Under the pieces are notes generated by a model. That model did no database searches. It was not told the origin of the DNA and saw nothing but the letters and a program-made list of their open reading frames with translations. This document shows positions 1-12,724 of a stretch of DNA of 64,000 nt, piece after piece (the first letter of the stretch is position 1; every line of letters begins with the position of its first letter). The position numbers and the translations under genes were made by a program. The stretch is from Camelus dromedarius (Eukaryota), in assembly GCF_036321535.1 (NCBI RefSeq), contig NC_087447.1, positions 39,000,001 to 39,064,000 on the forward strand. The letters run 5' to 3'.

Positions 1-285
1 TATCTACATATACTTTGTTGAAATAGTTCTTACCTTCCATTAGCCTCCCCATATAGTTTAGTTACTTTTTCACAATTGCCTTTCTTTGTTCAACCTAATA
101 TAAAAGCTTGTAGATTTTGCCATTTCTTTGATCTTTCATTTCCCATGAGAGTTTCTGTGTCACAGAAAACATATAAATTTGTATACAATTCCCCTGTTAA
201 TCAGGTTAATATCCATTTAATCTTCAGGCCCAACCAAAAAAACCCTATGAAGACAGAGATAAGATTTTGGCTCTCCTATGGTTTC

Positions 286-303
286 TGGTGGTGAGGATGG
301 GAT
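286..303 (+). promoter_or_regulatory. Retroviral primer-binding site complementary to tRNA-Ser(GCT)
   Basis: TGGTGGTGAGGATGGGAT matches the expected TGGCGACGAGGATGGGAT at 15/18. Two of the mismatches are CpG transitions. It lies 5 nt after the LTR end. Confidence 0.75.
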
Positions 304-1189
304 TTCAATGGTTGGGGCACTGAGAGATCCTGGGACATCTGACAAAAAGCCAGCAGAAGGTAAGAATTCTTACCACTTCAGTCACTTAGATCTCTGCCTG
401 CATGGCCCAGCCAAAGCAAGAATAATGAAAGTCTCCCCTTATCGTTTTTCCTTTCTAAATGTAGATTGGCAGGAGAAAAACATATGTAAAATTAGTTCTT
501 TGAATTGTGACTGTAAATATGGTTCTGAGTATACCCATTGGTTATGATCCGCAGCCTCCTAGTCTTTGTTTTTTTTGTTTTTTGGGTTTTGTTGTTGTTG
601 TTGTTGTTTTGTCTGTCTTTAGTGGTGTTTGTCATAAGGAGGAGAATTGTAAAATAAGATGCTCCTTTCACCTTGTTTCATGTCTTCAGAGCTTGGCTTT
701 GTGACCAGTGAGAATATTCTCTCTGGTCTCCCCAAACTGGAGCATACAGATGTTGGCTTGAATCAGGTAACCAGCCAAAGAGGCTGGAAACCAAGACATA
801 AAATTACAAGCAGCTCTTTGTCTAACCTTGCCAGCTCTCAAGGAAGTTTGTCTTAGTGAGAAGTTCCAGTGCGTAAGGAGACTTTGTGGTCTTACCTTCA
901 TTTTCTTCATAGTGCTAGGAAGCCCTTATCCTAATGTCGCCCAGTGGGTGCTGCAGGTTAGCTGGTGCATAGCTGGAAGCAGCTCACATTCCTGTAGGAA
1001 ACAAGAGACACCGGTTTCACAAATACTGTTCGTACTGCCTGTGACAATAAAGCGCTTTACATTCCTAGGCTGGCTCTGAGAGTACACTTGCTGGATCTTG
1101 GGAGGGCTGCACCTTTGGTGCTCTTTGGGGTTGCCTCTTGTGTCCATGGTTAAGCCATAAAAAGGCTTGTTGATTTTTTTGGTAGCCTT

Positions 1190-1702
1190 TAAAAAAATGG
1201 ACATATAGTTGATTTACAGCATTGTGTTAGTTTCTGGTGTACAGTAAAGTGACCCAGTTATATATATATATATATACACACACACACATATATATACATA
1301 TATATTTTTTATATATATGTGTATAATTCTTTTTCATGTTCTTTTGCATTATGGTTTATTACAGAATATTGAATACAGTTTCCTACTGAATACAGAATAC
1401 AGTGCTATATAGTAGGACCTCATTGTTTATTTTATATATAGTAGATTGTATCTGCTAATCCCAGACTTCTAATTTATCCCTCCCTCTCCCCTTGCCCCCC
1501 CATAACCATAATTTTATTTTCTATATCTGTGAGTCTTTTACTGCTTTATCAATAAGGTTGTATCATATTTTAGATTCCATATATAAGTGATATCATGTGG
1601 TATTTGTCTTTCTCTATCTTACTTCACTTAGTATGATAATCTCCAGGTCCATCCATGTTGCTGCACATTATTTCATTCTTTTTTATGGCTGAGTAGTATT
1701 TC

Positions 1703-1756
<54 letters not shown>

Positions 1757-2009
1757 ACATCTTCTTTATTCAGTTCATTTGTTGATGGACATTTAGGTTG
1801 CTTCTATATCTTGGCTATTGTAAATAGTACTGTTGTGAACATTGGGGTGCTTATATCTTTTCAAATGAGAGTTTTCTCCAGATGTATGCCCAGGAGTAGG
1901 ATTGCAGGATCATATGGCAACTATATTTTCAGGTTTTTAAGTTATTTCCATACTGTTCTCCATAGTGGCTGTACCAATTTACATCCCCACCCACAGTGTA
2001 GGAGAGTTC
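1190..2009 (-). mobile_element. 5'-truncated L1 (ORF2 end and 3' UTR) inserted in the provirus; contains (TA)n at about 1259-1320 and 1706-1752
   Basis: Typical L1 antisense motifs: ATAGTTGATTTACAGCATTGTGTTAGTTTCTGGTGTACAG, GTTGATGGACATTTAGGTTGC, GGATCATATGG. Confidence 0.9.
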
Positions 2010-2868
2010 AAAGGCTTTTATGTTTTAAGCCATAAAAAAAAAGCTTATTGGTTTTGAGTCACAATTAAAATAGGTGTAGTCTTGAATATTTGGACTTTTA
2101 TATCTAAAAGGATTTTTTTAGAGAGATCTCACCATAAACAAATATCCTATTATTACCTATAGGAAGATCAAATTGAAAGGAAAAAATTAATAAGGCAAAG
2201 ATAACTCTTGTATAAGTTAGTAAATTTTGTGTTTCTGAATTTATGCCTAACTCATGGCTAAGATTAAAAATGAAAACTATAAGATCTCTTTTTGCATCTT
2301 TGTCTCTATATGACTATGTGTATATATATTTTTCTACCTCCAGGTGATATTACCAAAGTTACTTTGTAAAAGAGCTCTGTTTAATTGGTTAAAAAAAAGT
2401 GCTTATATAAATTAAGTTTTCCTAAAACTCTCAGAAATATAGAAACTAACCCAGATGTTTCTCAAGTTCACAGAATCTGAGATAATCTTTGGTAAATAAA
2501 AGCTAGTTTAAGTTTGTTGGTTTAAAAAAAGCAGTCATGTCTACAGGGTTGTCAACATTAAACAGAATGAAGACATACAACTTTTTCTATTTGGGTTTAC
2601 TAGTCACATGAGTTTATGTTATCTCTACTAAATGTTTAAGATTGTAAAATTTTAAATTAAATTGAAAATCAAGTTGTACAATAAAAATAAATTGCTTGAT
2701 GTATGTCAAACACAGCAGTACATAAAATAAGTTAGAGAAAGTCATATGTTTTAACTTTTAGGTTCTTTAATTCTGTGATTTGTAAAAATAGTCACCTGGT
2801 TTATAGATGAGAAAACTAATTTAAGATTATGCTAGCTTTATTTCAGAGTCCAGAATAGAGGAAATTTT

Positions 2869-2880
2869 AAAGGGGAGGAA
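2869..2880 (+). promoter_or_regulatory. Polypurine tract of the provirus
   Basis: AAAGGGGAGGAA immediately before the 3' LTR. Confidence 0.7.
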
Positions 2881-4204
2881 TAAAATGTGGCAGAATATGC
2901 CATTCCAAAATATGCTACTTTGACATAAGGATTATTTCGAACTAAAGACATTTAAAGAATAGCAGATGCAAAAGTGGCCTTCTAATCTCCCCATTTCTTC
3001 TTGAAAACAGGAAATTTAAAACTCCCATGTGAAAGGTACCCTCCCTTTAGAAAAGAAATTCTTCAATGGGGAATCAAAGCTGAGAGAATCCTATAGAAAC
3101 ACACCTGTTAATTCTTATCTTCCTTTAGCCTCCCCATATAGTTTACTTTCCCACAATTGCTTCTCTTTGTTCAACTTAATGTGAAAAAAGGCCTGTAGGT
3201 TTTGCTTCTTCTTTGGGACTTCATTTTCTTATCAGAGTCCCCGTTTCACGTAAAACATTTGAATTTGTATATGTTTCTCCTGTCTTGTGTCAGTTTCATT
3301 CTCAGGCCCAGCTGAAAAACCCTAAGAAGGTAGAGGTAAAATTTGTCGTCTCCCCCGCTCTCCACCCCCCGACCCCGGCCCCCGCATTCTCAACTGCCTC
3401 CATCGATAGACCCTGTTTATTGATAACGGTGTTCTGGTGTTCTCTAGCTCATAGGTATTTAGAGAAAGAGGAACAGTATTTGTAACATTTCTTTAAATAC
3501 CATCTGCTGTCCACTTTCCAAGTATCACTGTGAAAAGAAGAAACCATTTGGCTGGCCAGTTTCTTCCCACATCTGATTAGATGGTCATTTGCCCTTCTTT
3601 TGTGGGTGCCATTGTCATTGTTTGGAGCTCATTTGGGGGGCAGTAGTAATTCAATAGAATCCTGAGACCTGGAGATTACTTTTTTCTGTCTTTTTTTTTT
3701 CCTTCCTTTTTTAGGGATTTTTGTACATGAGTCAGGACAGAGCTTCTGCCGATGCCCAGAAGTGGGCATAAGTAGTTCATTATCTGTATTCTAACCTCAC
3801 AGCATGTCCGAGGTGTAAGGCACAGACTCTGCTTCCCGCTCTTTGGGTGGTGCTTTTTGAGAACTGTGCCTAAATTCCCTAAGATCAGTAAGTCATCTCA
3901 CCCTTGAGCTTCTAGGGAGGGGCCAACTCCCAGCAACATCTGAAACAAAGGACCTGAACTGGGGGAACCATGGGCAGCAAACCACACCTATGTATAAAAA
4001 GTTGTCAGTGTATACAAATGTATGACTCTTTAAGGAAATAAAACTTAAGCTGACTCAGTCCCTAATCTCTTTTTCCCCAGAGCTGAGAAGTGTACAGATT
4101 GGTTTCTTTATAAACAAAGCCATTTAGTCACTCTGTTATGATATTTATTAAAGCAGCCAATTTTAGTATTCTCGTAATAAATTAGTCAGTGGTTGGCTTG
4201 AGAA

Positions 4205-4455
4205 AAGTAGAGCCCAGTGATTCAGAGTCCTGACTCTAGCACTGAGGGCCTGAGTGTAGAATCCCAGCGCTACCAATTAATATCTGTGTAACCTTGGGCA
4301 AGTTATTTACCCTCTGTGCCTCAGTTTCCCAAGGGTGAAATGGAAATGATAGTAATGGCGCTTACCTCACAGGGGTGCTATGAAACTGAATGAGTTAATA
4401 TTTTAAAGCATTTTAGCACATTTTCTGGAACATGGTAAGCCCTACCTAAAGGCTT
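4205..4455 (+). mobile_element. MIR SINE
   Basis: Core motif TGTGTAACCTTGGGCAAGTTATTTACCCTCTGTGCCTCAGTTTCC. Confidence 0.85.
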
Positions 4456-4564
4456 ACCTTTAAGATTGTTAAATCCTAAGGGGGAAAAAAATAGAGTGAA
4501 AGAATTCCCAGAACCAATTATAATGTCTATCCTTTATTTGTTGAAGATACAGTAATATGACAAA

Positions 4565-4753
4565 CACTTTATAGATATTATTTCCAAGCCTCACAACAAG
4601 GTAGTTACTACTGTCTCCATTTTACAGATGAAGCAGTGAAAAGATTGGGGAATTTAAATTCTAAGAGCACATAACTGAGTGGTGGAGTTCATAATTCTAA
4701 CCAGATGTGTCTAATTCCAAAGCATGTGCCCTTCCATTGCACAACATTGTCTC
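4565..4753 (-). mobile_element. MIR SINE
   Basis: Antisense core CTCCATTTTACAGATGAAG and TCTAATTCCAAAGC. Confidence 0.7.
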
Positions 4754-5154
4754 CTAAAACTTATCCGACCATTCATTGTTTTCATGACTCAACTCTAATA
4801 AACGCTTTACCTTTATTTATATCTTTACCTATTTTTGAACTGGTCTAAGAGTAACTTTGCCTATCCCCTCCATCTTTCACAAATGAGAAAATTGAGATCT
4901 TAAGACAATAAGTGGCTTTCCCAAAACTACCTAATTACTTAATGACCATCAAGTAGCCGTTGAATACCAGCTATCATTTGCTGGTAAGAAAAGGCTTATC
5001 ACAGTGCCTTTCACATGGTAAGCAATCAACACTAGCTATTTGTATCAATTCTCATTTATTAATTCATTTATCAAGCATTTATTAGGCATTTCCGACAAGT
5101 CAAACACCTGGGAATACAAAAATGAACAAGATATGATTCCTTTTAGATCTCACA

Positions 5155-5460
5155 CTAGTTGTTCAGTATGGGAGCCACTAGCCACATGTGGCTATTGAGC
5201 ACTTAACATGTGGCCTGTCTGGATTGGAATATGCCGTAAGTATTAAGAACACACAGAATTTTGAAGACTTAGTACAAAAAAACCAAGGTATAATACCTCA
5301 TTAATAAATTTTAATTACATGTTGGAATGATAATATTTTGGGATATATTAAGTTACATTAAATTATTTAAATTCCTTTTCTCTTTACCTTTTTAAATGTG
5401 GCTACTAGGAAAATTAAAATTACATATGGCTTATTATTATATTTCCATTGGACAGCATTG
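5155..5460 (-). mobile_element. MER33-like hAT-Charlie MITE, apparently within an L2 remnant
   Basis: AGCCACTAGCCACATGTGGCTATTGAGCACTT at one end and TTTTTAAATGTGGCTACTAG...ATTTCCATTGGACAGCATTG at the other; about 305 bp. Confidence 0.85.
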
Positions 5461-8400
5461 GTCAAGATGGTAAAGAGGATGAACACAATAAAATCTAAGT
5501 GCAGTGAGAATAGTCACTAGAATGTCTGTGGGAGCACAGAGGAGAGACTGCCTTGGTGTCAAGAAGAAGAGGTAATATTTGACTTGACTCCTGAAGGAAA
5601 AGTAAGAATATTGTCAGATGAGTATTTTCCAGGCAGTAGGTGAGCATGTAGAATGTCATATACACATGAAAAAATAACTGACACATTTTTAATTTGGGGC
5701 TGGGAGAATGGAAAGGAAGAGAGAAGATTTTAGATGGCCATATTTTGAGCAATGGCAGTGGGAACCTGTAAGAACACAGAACCACAAAAGATATCTCAGA
5801 AGTAAAACTGACCAGACCTGGTAACTCATGTCAGGGAAGCAAAGAAAAGAGAGTGATCAAGACAGATGCCCAGATATATTTGTACATGGCTATGTAGTGA
5901 CATTTCCATCTGTCCCTCTGTTCATTCACCAGACATTTATTGAAGGCTTACTTATGTGCCAGGGAGTAGGTAGTAGTGTTTAACGGGCTCCTGGTGACAA
6001 TGTCTTAACATTATGTGATTATGTTTGAAATATTCATGAGAGATCAGAAAAGGATAAATTATTAAGTCCACATTTAATTATTGACCCACTAATGAAACTT
6101 TTATTCTACTTCTGTGGAATAACATCTTATTTTCAGGGGCCTTAAATGGTCAAAAGTCTTGTACTAAGACGAGAGTGGGGATTCCTCATCTAATGAGATA
6201 GTCAGTTAGAATAGGAATCTGGTCCCTGAGGGGAAAGGTCAGTCCACAGACTGACAGGTATGAAGTTTGATAATATAAAGTTTAGGAAATGATGTGAAGA
6301 AACAGGAACTCCTTCATAAACTGCTTGTAAATTAGCACATTGCACTTTGAAGAGCAATTTCGCAGTTTGCAGTAAAATTGAAAGTGTGCGTTTCACAGAA
6401 TTCAGCTGTTGGATTTCTGTATCCCTGAACACTGCTCTGCAAAGCAAGGCTCTAGCACCCCAGGCATGTGTGGGAAGAAAATATGAGAGCTTCTATAGAT
6501 GTATTTTATATATATATATATATAAATGAAAAAGAAATTGAGCTTTTTAAAATTTAGTATAAGGATTGAAGCTGGTACCTTTCTTCGATCTGTGTATCAG
6601 GTATCATGTGGATGCTGACAACTCTAAACTTTAAACATCGAGACTTGTCCTCTCTCCTGAACTTGGCCTACTAAGTATCTTCACTTGGAAATATATGATT
6701 ACATTGAAAAGATGGAAAGAATAGGCAGATGACAGATCATTTATTCATAAAACAAATGAATCAAGAGATAGCAGTATATGCTTATTATTTAAGTTTATCA
6801 AGGTAAATGACAAAATTCTATCTTGAGGTGCTAGAAGCAAATCTTCCCTCACTGCCATTCCCTGGAGGTGCTGTTCTCTTCCCTCTGACAGTGAGAGTGG
6901 ACTTCGGTCAGTGCCAGGTCAGTGCAAGAACGGCATGGCAGTGGAGTAGGGTGTGGGGTGGCTGAGAAGCAGAGAGGACAGGGGCTGACCAGAGGCTGAA
7001 CCATGAGGCAAGAAATTAGTGTAACAGAGAATCTAAAAGAAAGTTCTATGACAAAGGGCAAAGCAGTATGTCAGGGAGTGGGAGAATCATGTGAGAAGAG
7101 GTATTGGGATAGAATTTGCCCTTTCTTACTCCTCCTTTTCGTAAAATATTAACTTGGGAAGTTCCCAGTCCAATCAGCCTTTCTTGACCATAAGGGTAGT
7201 ATAAAAGTTAGGAGGGAGTGAAGAGGGTGATGAGGAAGGACATGGTGTTGAATAATACCATGACAATAGCAGGTTGGGCTATTTTTCCCCTTTCTGGCCT
7301 GCTTTCCCCTTCACCTCTTTTACCAGGGCACAGTATGGAAATGGGAATCAGAATGGAAGGGGAAACTGAGTCAAGGACCTGGGACCCTGGCAAGGATCAG
7401 CTCCCAGAGGGAGGAATGAGGAGGGGTTAACTGCTCATCCGCAGTGTAAAGGGAAGGAAATTCCCCACTCTCTACCCAACCCTGGGAGATAAATTCACAA
7501 AAGTCAGGCATTTCTAGGCCCAGGCTTGTCTGTAGTCAGGATAAGACAAAAATTCTCTCAATCAAAAACCACCCTATCCATTTCTTAAAGTTGCTTTTAC
7601 TTACTATAGTAGTCACACATACACAAAATTATGCATAACAAAGTTTGAACAATGAAACAGAAAAAATACTCAGCAACCTTGGTTTTCATTCTGGCTCACT
7701 TAAGAAGATACTCCGTGTGCCTCTGCTTGACTCACTAACACATGGTAGTTGTCATTGTAGGGTTTGGTGAGCTTTGAGTGGTAAAGAAAAGCTCTTGGTT
7801 ATAATAGCTGTTAAAAATTATTGACAACCAGGTTAGGGTCATGTTGGCCAAAAGAACTTGAAGTTCAAGGCAAAATTTCAGATCAGATAAAAAGTGAGAA
7901 AGGGGAAGAACTAATACTTGAAATACGCATGGCACGAGTACTTCTCCATCTATGAAAAGAAAAGTGGCAATTCAGGTTGCACAGGCCTTCAAACATAGAG
8001 TGATAAGGAAAAGCACAAACAATGTACACAGAAATGAAAGAAAAATTAGTTTTACAGGAGGGAGAGAATCAAATTCTTTCAACACAGTGAAAACCTGGTA
8101 GAGGCTAGATTCTAGAGTCATTGTTTATTGCTGTTGTGCCCTAATTCTTCCAACATACAGCCGTAACTTTTACTTAATAAAAACATCAAGGGGGCTGAGG
8201 GAATCTCACTTTTGAAACTGGTATTCATGTTGTTCAAGAAAGTAAAAGGAATGCCAAGATATCAGAGATAGGCTTTCTTGTATATAGCATGTATGGTGTT
8301 ACTGGAGGTATTGCTGGGAGAGCTTGCTTCCGGGAGGCCTAATGGGCTAGAAAGCAACGTGGATAAAGGGGTGGGGGTGGGAGGTGGTGAGGATTTGGGG

Positions 8401-8809
8401 AGGGAACCCACCAGATTGTAGGGTCTGAATTTGAGACTTGCTAGTCCAAAGAGTAGACTTTGGACCCTGTAATGAGCAGATTTTCAGTGAGAAATTCATA
8501 ACAAAATTTTCTGAGTCGGTACAATTGGCTTCAATGCTGGATGATTGATTTGTAATTAGGGGCTGTATCTTTCTTGCAACACTATGCTCATGTGCCCTCT
8601 TCACTGCATTCCTTTCCCAGGACCACAGTCCCTTGTAGGCTGAATCAACAATCCAAAAGCTGTTGGATAAGCAGGGAATTCCACCCAAAGAATACAATTA
8701 GACCTAGGCATATTTCAGCCAGCTCAGGCCTGGGGAGATATTCTTGACCCACTGAAGAACATTTTTATTATACTAGACACTCTGTCAGAATTTGCTTTTC
8801 AGAACTGTC

Positions 8810-10435
8810 TATACTTTTAGAATAATTTTAGATTAACTAAAATGTTGCAAAAGGAGTATCTAGATTTCCCATATACCCTTCATTCAGCTTCCTCTACTGT
8901 CAACATCTTAACACAAACACCATACAGTTGTTAAAACTAAGAAACTAACATCGGTATAATACCATTAGCCATGGACTTTATTTGGATTTTACCAGTTTTT
9001 CTACTGATGTTCTTTATCTGTTCGAGGTTTTGAACCAGTATCCCATGTTGCAATTAGTCATCACATTTCCTTAATCCTCTTTGATCTTTAACAGTTTCTC
9101 AGTCTCCTTGTTTTTCATGACTTTGACAATTTTGAGGAGTACTTGTCAGATACTTTGTAGACTGTCCTTCAGTTTAGGTTTTTCTCACGATTACACCAGC
9201 ATTATTGAGTTTGGGGGAAATTACCACAAAGGTGAAGTACCTTTTCCTTACATCATATATCAGGGGGTATATGATATCAAAATGATTTATCACTGATGAT
9301 GTTAACTGTACCCACTTGGTTAAGGTAGTACCAGGCAGTTTTCTCCTCTATAAAGTTACTATTTTTCTCCTACACTCTGTTCTTTTTGAAGCAAGTCACT
9401 AAATCCAGCTCACACTGAAGGAGAAAGAAATTACCTCTATCTACCTCTTGGAGAAGAAAGTATCTGCAAATATTGTTTTGAATTCTTCTGTAAGGAAAAT
9501 TTATTCTTTCTCTAGCACTTACCTATCTACTTATTAATTCATTTGTTTATGTCAGTATGGGTTCATAGATATTTATTTCCTTATTTGGGTTATAATAGCA
9601 TGTCATTATTTTGTTGCTCAAATTATTCCAACTTTAGCCAAATTTTTCTAACTCTGAGAGCTCTTTCAGGTTACCTCCTGTGTCCTTTTATTGGATAATT
9701 GTATTTAGAAACCAAGATTTGAGTGCTGGGTATGCTCATTGCTCCTGAAGTGCCATTGCTTCTAGGCTCACTCAGTGTGCAGAGCTAGCAAATATGAGTG
9801 TTTGTGTATGTGTGTGTGTACACATAAATATTAATCCATGTTTCTGTATCTCTCTGCACATAAAATAAACATGAGTTTGTACAGACATCACCAACACTAA
9901 TGCAGTGCTAAAGGATTAATTCTAGATTTTTCTCCTTGATTAATTTTTAACTTTTTCTCTGACATTTAGAAATCTGGCTCCTATTGTCTACAACTTATTT
10001 AATTATTCTACCCTAGTATTTATATAAAGGAGTTTCAGAAATGCTGACTCATATCAACTGGAGTATAGTGGTTTTATATGTGTGTATGTATACACACACA
10101 CACACACATACATATATACATATATATCTTTTTGTCTTTAGCCTGAAAGTATCCAATCAAAACATGATTTTCCAAATTTACTTAGGTCAGCTCCTGTTTT
10201 GTTTCCCCACTTCCTTCAGTCAAGTTGTATCATATACTTGTAATACAATTAAGTTCATTTGTCACTGTCTACATTCCATCCTGGGATCCCTGGACATCCT
10301 GGTTGATATCTCTAAAGTTTGTGTGTGGAAGTTCACTACTTGTGATGCATTATTCTGTGGGTTGTGACAAAGACGTAAGTCATCTGTCTACAACTACAGT
10401 ATTACATAGAATATTTCCATCACCCTAGAAATTCC
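8810..10435 (-). mobile_element. Old L1M (L1MC/L1MD-type) 3' UTR fragments
   Basis: Motifs such as TTCCCATATACCCTTCATTCAGCTTCC, ATTTAGAAACCAAGATTTGAGTGCTGGGTATGCTCATTGCT. Confidence 0.7.
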
Positions 10436-10969
10436 CCTGGACAGCCCATTGTAGTTTAAACTGCTTTAAAATACTAGTTTCCCCTATTAATTTTTTTATT
10501 CACTTTAACTGCCTAGCTGTTCTGAGGGTCTTGGAGACATTTTACTGGCTTCTTATATGTGCTGAGTTGATAAATTTAGAATTCAGAGAGCACTTTTCTT
10601 TCTCATTTCAAAGATTTTGGAAGGCTCCTTAACTGCTGCTCACTCCACTACCATGAAATAACTAAATAGCTCACCCATAAAGTCACAAGGACCCAAAAAT
10701 TGCTTCCCAAAGACTCATTTGAGACTGAACTAATGGGACTGTTCCATCCCACCTGTAACATCATATCAGAGTATGGATATGGAAAACCTTGTTGGAAAGC
10801 AAAGATATATATTTAACCTATTATTTGCAGTTGGTGAGGACTTTGTATTTTTGTAATGAGTAACTCCCAAAGCAATCTGTAAGGTGCTACTTGTTCAGAT
10901 ATTAAAACCTCGTCTTCAAATGTCAAAAATGCTCCACTCAGTTGAGATGTCTGTCTATACTGGCTCCTT

Positions 10970-11168
10970 GATGGTTCTTCGCCGGTCTCATACCCTTCTA
11001 GAGTCTTCCGAGAATTTGATAAAAACTATGAGCTTATCCCCAAAAAAATGCATGAACATACATCCACTTGATGCTGTATATAATTGGAAAGTATCATGAA
11101 CTTACTATCCCCACCGGAAGATGGGAGACCCTCTAGAAAGTCCATGGATTCCAGGTTAAGAATCTTTA
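10970..11168. mobile_element. Degenerate hAT-Charlie-type MITE
   Basis: GAGAATTTGATAAAAACTATG...CCCCAAAAAAATGCA...TCCATGGATTCCAGGTTAAGAATC resembles old Charlie MITE consensus. Confidence 0.5.
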
Positions 11169-11265
11169 TCTAAATACTAGTAAGGCAAGTTGATGAACAC
11201 AACTTGGGATTTGTTGTTAATTAATGGGTGTGTTCTACTGTAAAGTAAAATGTACATATTTACAT

Positions 11266-11731
11266 TGTGATGGTTAATTTTATGCATCAACTTGGTTAGA
11301 TCATGTGCCCAGTTGTTTTGGTCAAACACACCAATCTAGATATTACATAAGGGTTTTATTTTTTTTAACATGTGATTTACTGTTTAAATCAGTCAACTTC
11401 AAATAAAGCAGATTACCGTCCATAATGTGAGTGGGCCTCATTCAATCAGTTCAAGGCCTTAAGAGCCAAGATTGAGGTTTCCTGAAGAAGAAGGAATTCT
11501 CAAGACTGCAACATAGAAGTCCTGCCTGAGTTTGTAGCCTGCTGCCCTTCAGAATTCTCCAGACTGCAGCATTCAACCTGAATTGCCAGGCTGCCAGCCA
11601 GCCCAACAAATTTCAGATTTGCCAGCCCTTCTAATTTCATGAGACAATTCCTTAAAACACACACATAGAAAGCCATACCTCACATATGTAGAATCTCCTA
11701 TTGGTTCTGTTTCTCTGGAACAGAGAATACA
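11266..11731 (+). mobile_element. MLT2 (ERVL) solo LTR
   Basis: Begins TGTGATGGTTAATTTTATG and ends CCTATTGGTTCTGTTTCTCTGGAACAGAGAATACA. Flanks TACAT/TATAT fit a 5-bp TSD with one change. Confidence 0.9.
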
Positions 11732-11928
11732 TATATCAAACTGTAACAAATACACAGTGAATTCCCATAGAAATCTCCAGTTTGCTTCTTACTATGAAAA
11801 ATGATGAAAACTCTTCCTTAGTGTTTAGCTAGGTATTGCCTCTGTTTTGGTTCCTCTTGTCTTTGCACTATTCGAGTCCCGTAGATAATCTTTGCTTTGT
11901 CTCATGCTGTTCTTATTCTGTGTCAGCC

Positions 11929-12376
11929 TGTGCTTGGATATTCTGTTGCTGTGTAACAGGTTACCCCAAACCTAGTGGCTTAAAACAATATAGACGTCAT
12001 TATCTTACAGTTCTGGAGATCAAGTCTTAAATAGGTGTCACTAGGGCTACATTCCTTCTGGAGGCTTCAGGGGAAAATCGATTTCCTTGCTTCTTGTAGT
12101 TTGGAGAGGCCACCTGCATTCCTTGGCTACGGCCCTTTCTTTGCATCACTTCAACTATGGTTCCATTGTTACATTTCTTATTCTGACTCTGACCCTCCTG
12201 CCCATCTTTTATAAGAACTTTTGTGATTATACTGGGCCTAACAGGAAAATCAAAAAATAATCTCCCTATCTCATGACAACCTAATCAGATCTTAAAAACT
12301 GCTTTTGCATGTATGGTTAACACAGATTCCAGGGATTAGGTCAAGGGTATTTTGAGGACTCATTCTATCTACTACA
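11929..12376 (-). mobile_element. MLT1 (MaLR) solo LTR
   Basis: ACCCCAAACCTAGTGGCTTAAAACAA, TCTTACAGTTCTGGAG, terminal ATTCTATCTACTACA. Confidence 0.85.
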
Positions 12377-12724
12377 GATGTCCTTTTTTCTAATTTATTC
12401 TCTGTTTAACTTAACCTTTATTTTTATAAAGTTATTTACAAAGTTCACATTAAATACAATTTTGATTAGTTTATTTTATAGGTCTAATACTCTGCAGAAG
12501 TATTTTTCACTTGTTAAATCCCAATTGCTTTTCTCTTTTTCTGACTGCAGGATTTTGAAGCATTTCTCTCTGTATATCTAAGACCTCTACATTCTTTATG
12601 AGTTCTGTCCTGCCCTTTGCATGTCAAAGGAAGGACAGTTTAGCAACTCTTTTGGTAAAAAAAAAAATTATTAATATTCTAGCTGAAAATGGGCTTCCTC
12701 CCACTAGAGAGTGGTGTATAGATA

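Larger units (their letters stand above)
1..3357 (+). mobile_element. Ancient internally deleted ERV1 provirus, MER34/MER4-group-like (5' LTR truncated by the window edge; non-coding internal region; 3' LTR)
   Basis: Bases 27-277 are clearly similar to about 3112-3353 (e.g. TTAGCCTCCCCATATAGTTTA, CACAATTGC, TCTTTGTTCAAC, TCAGGCCCA). A PBS follows the first LTR, a purine tract precedes the second, and the second LTR opens with CAGAATATGCCATTCCAAAATATGCTACTTTGACATAAGGATTATT, typical of MER34-family LTRs. Confidence 0.8.

Noticed and set aside
8347..8697. 116-aa minus-strand ORF
   Set aside because: Non-ATG start, no recognisable domain and no supporting gene structure.
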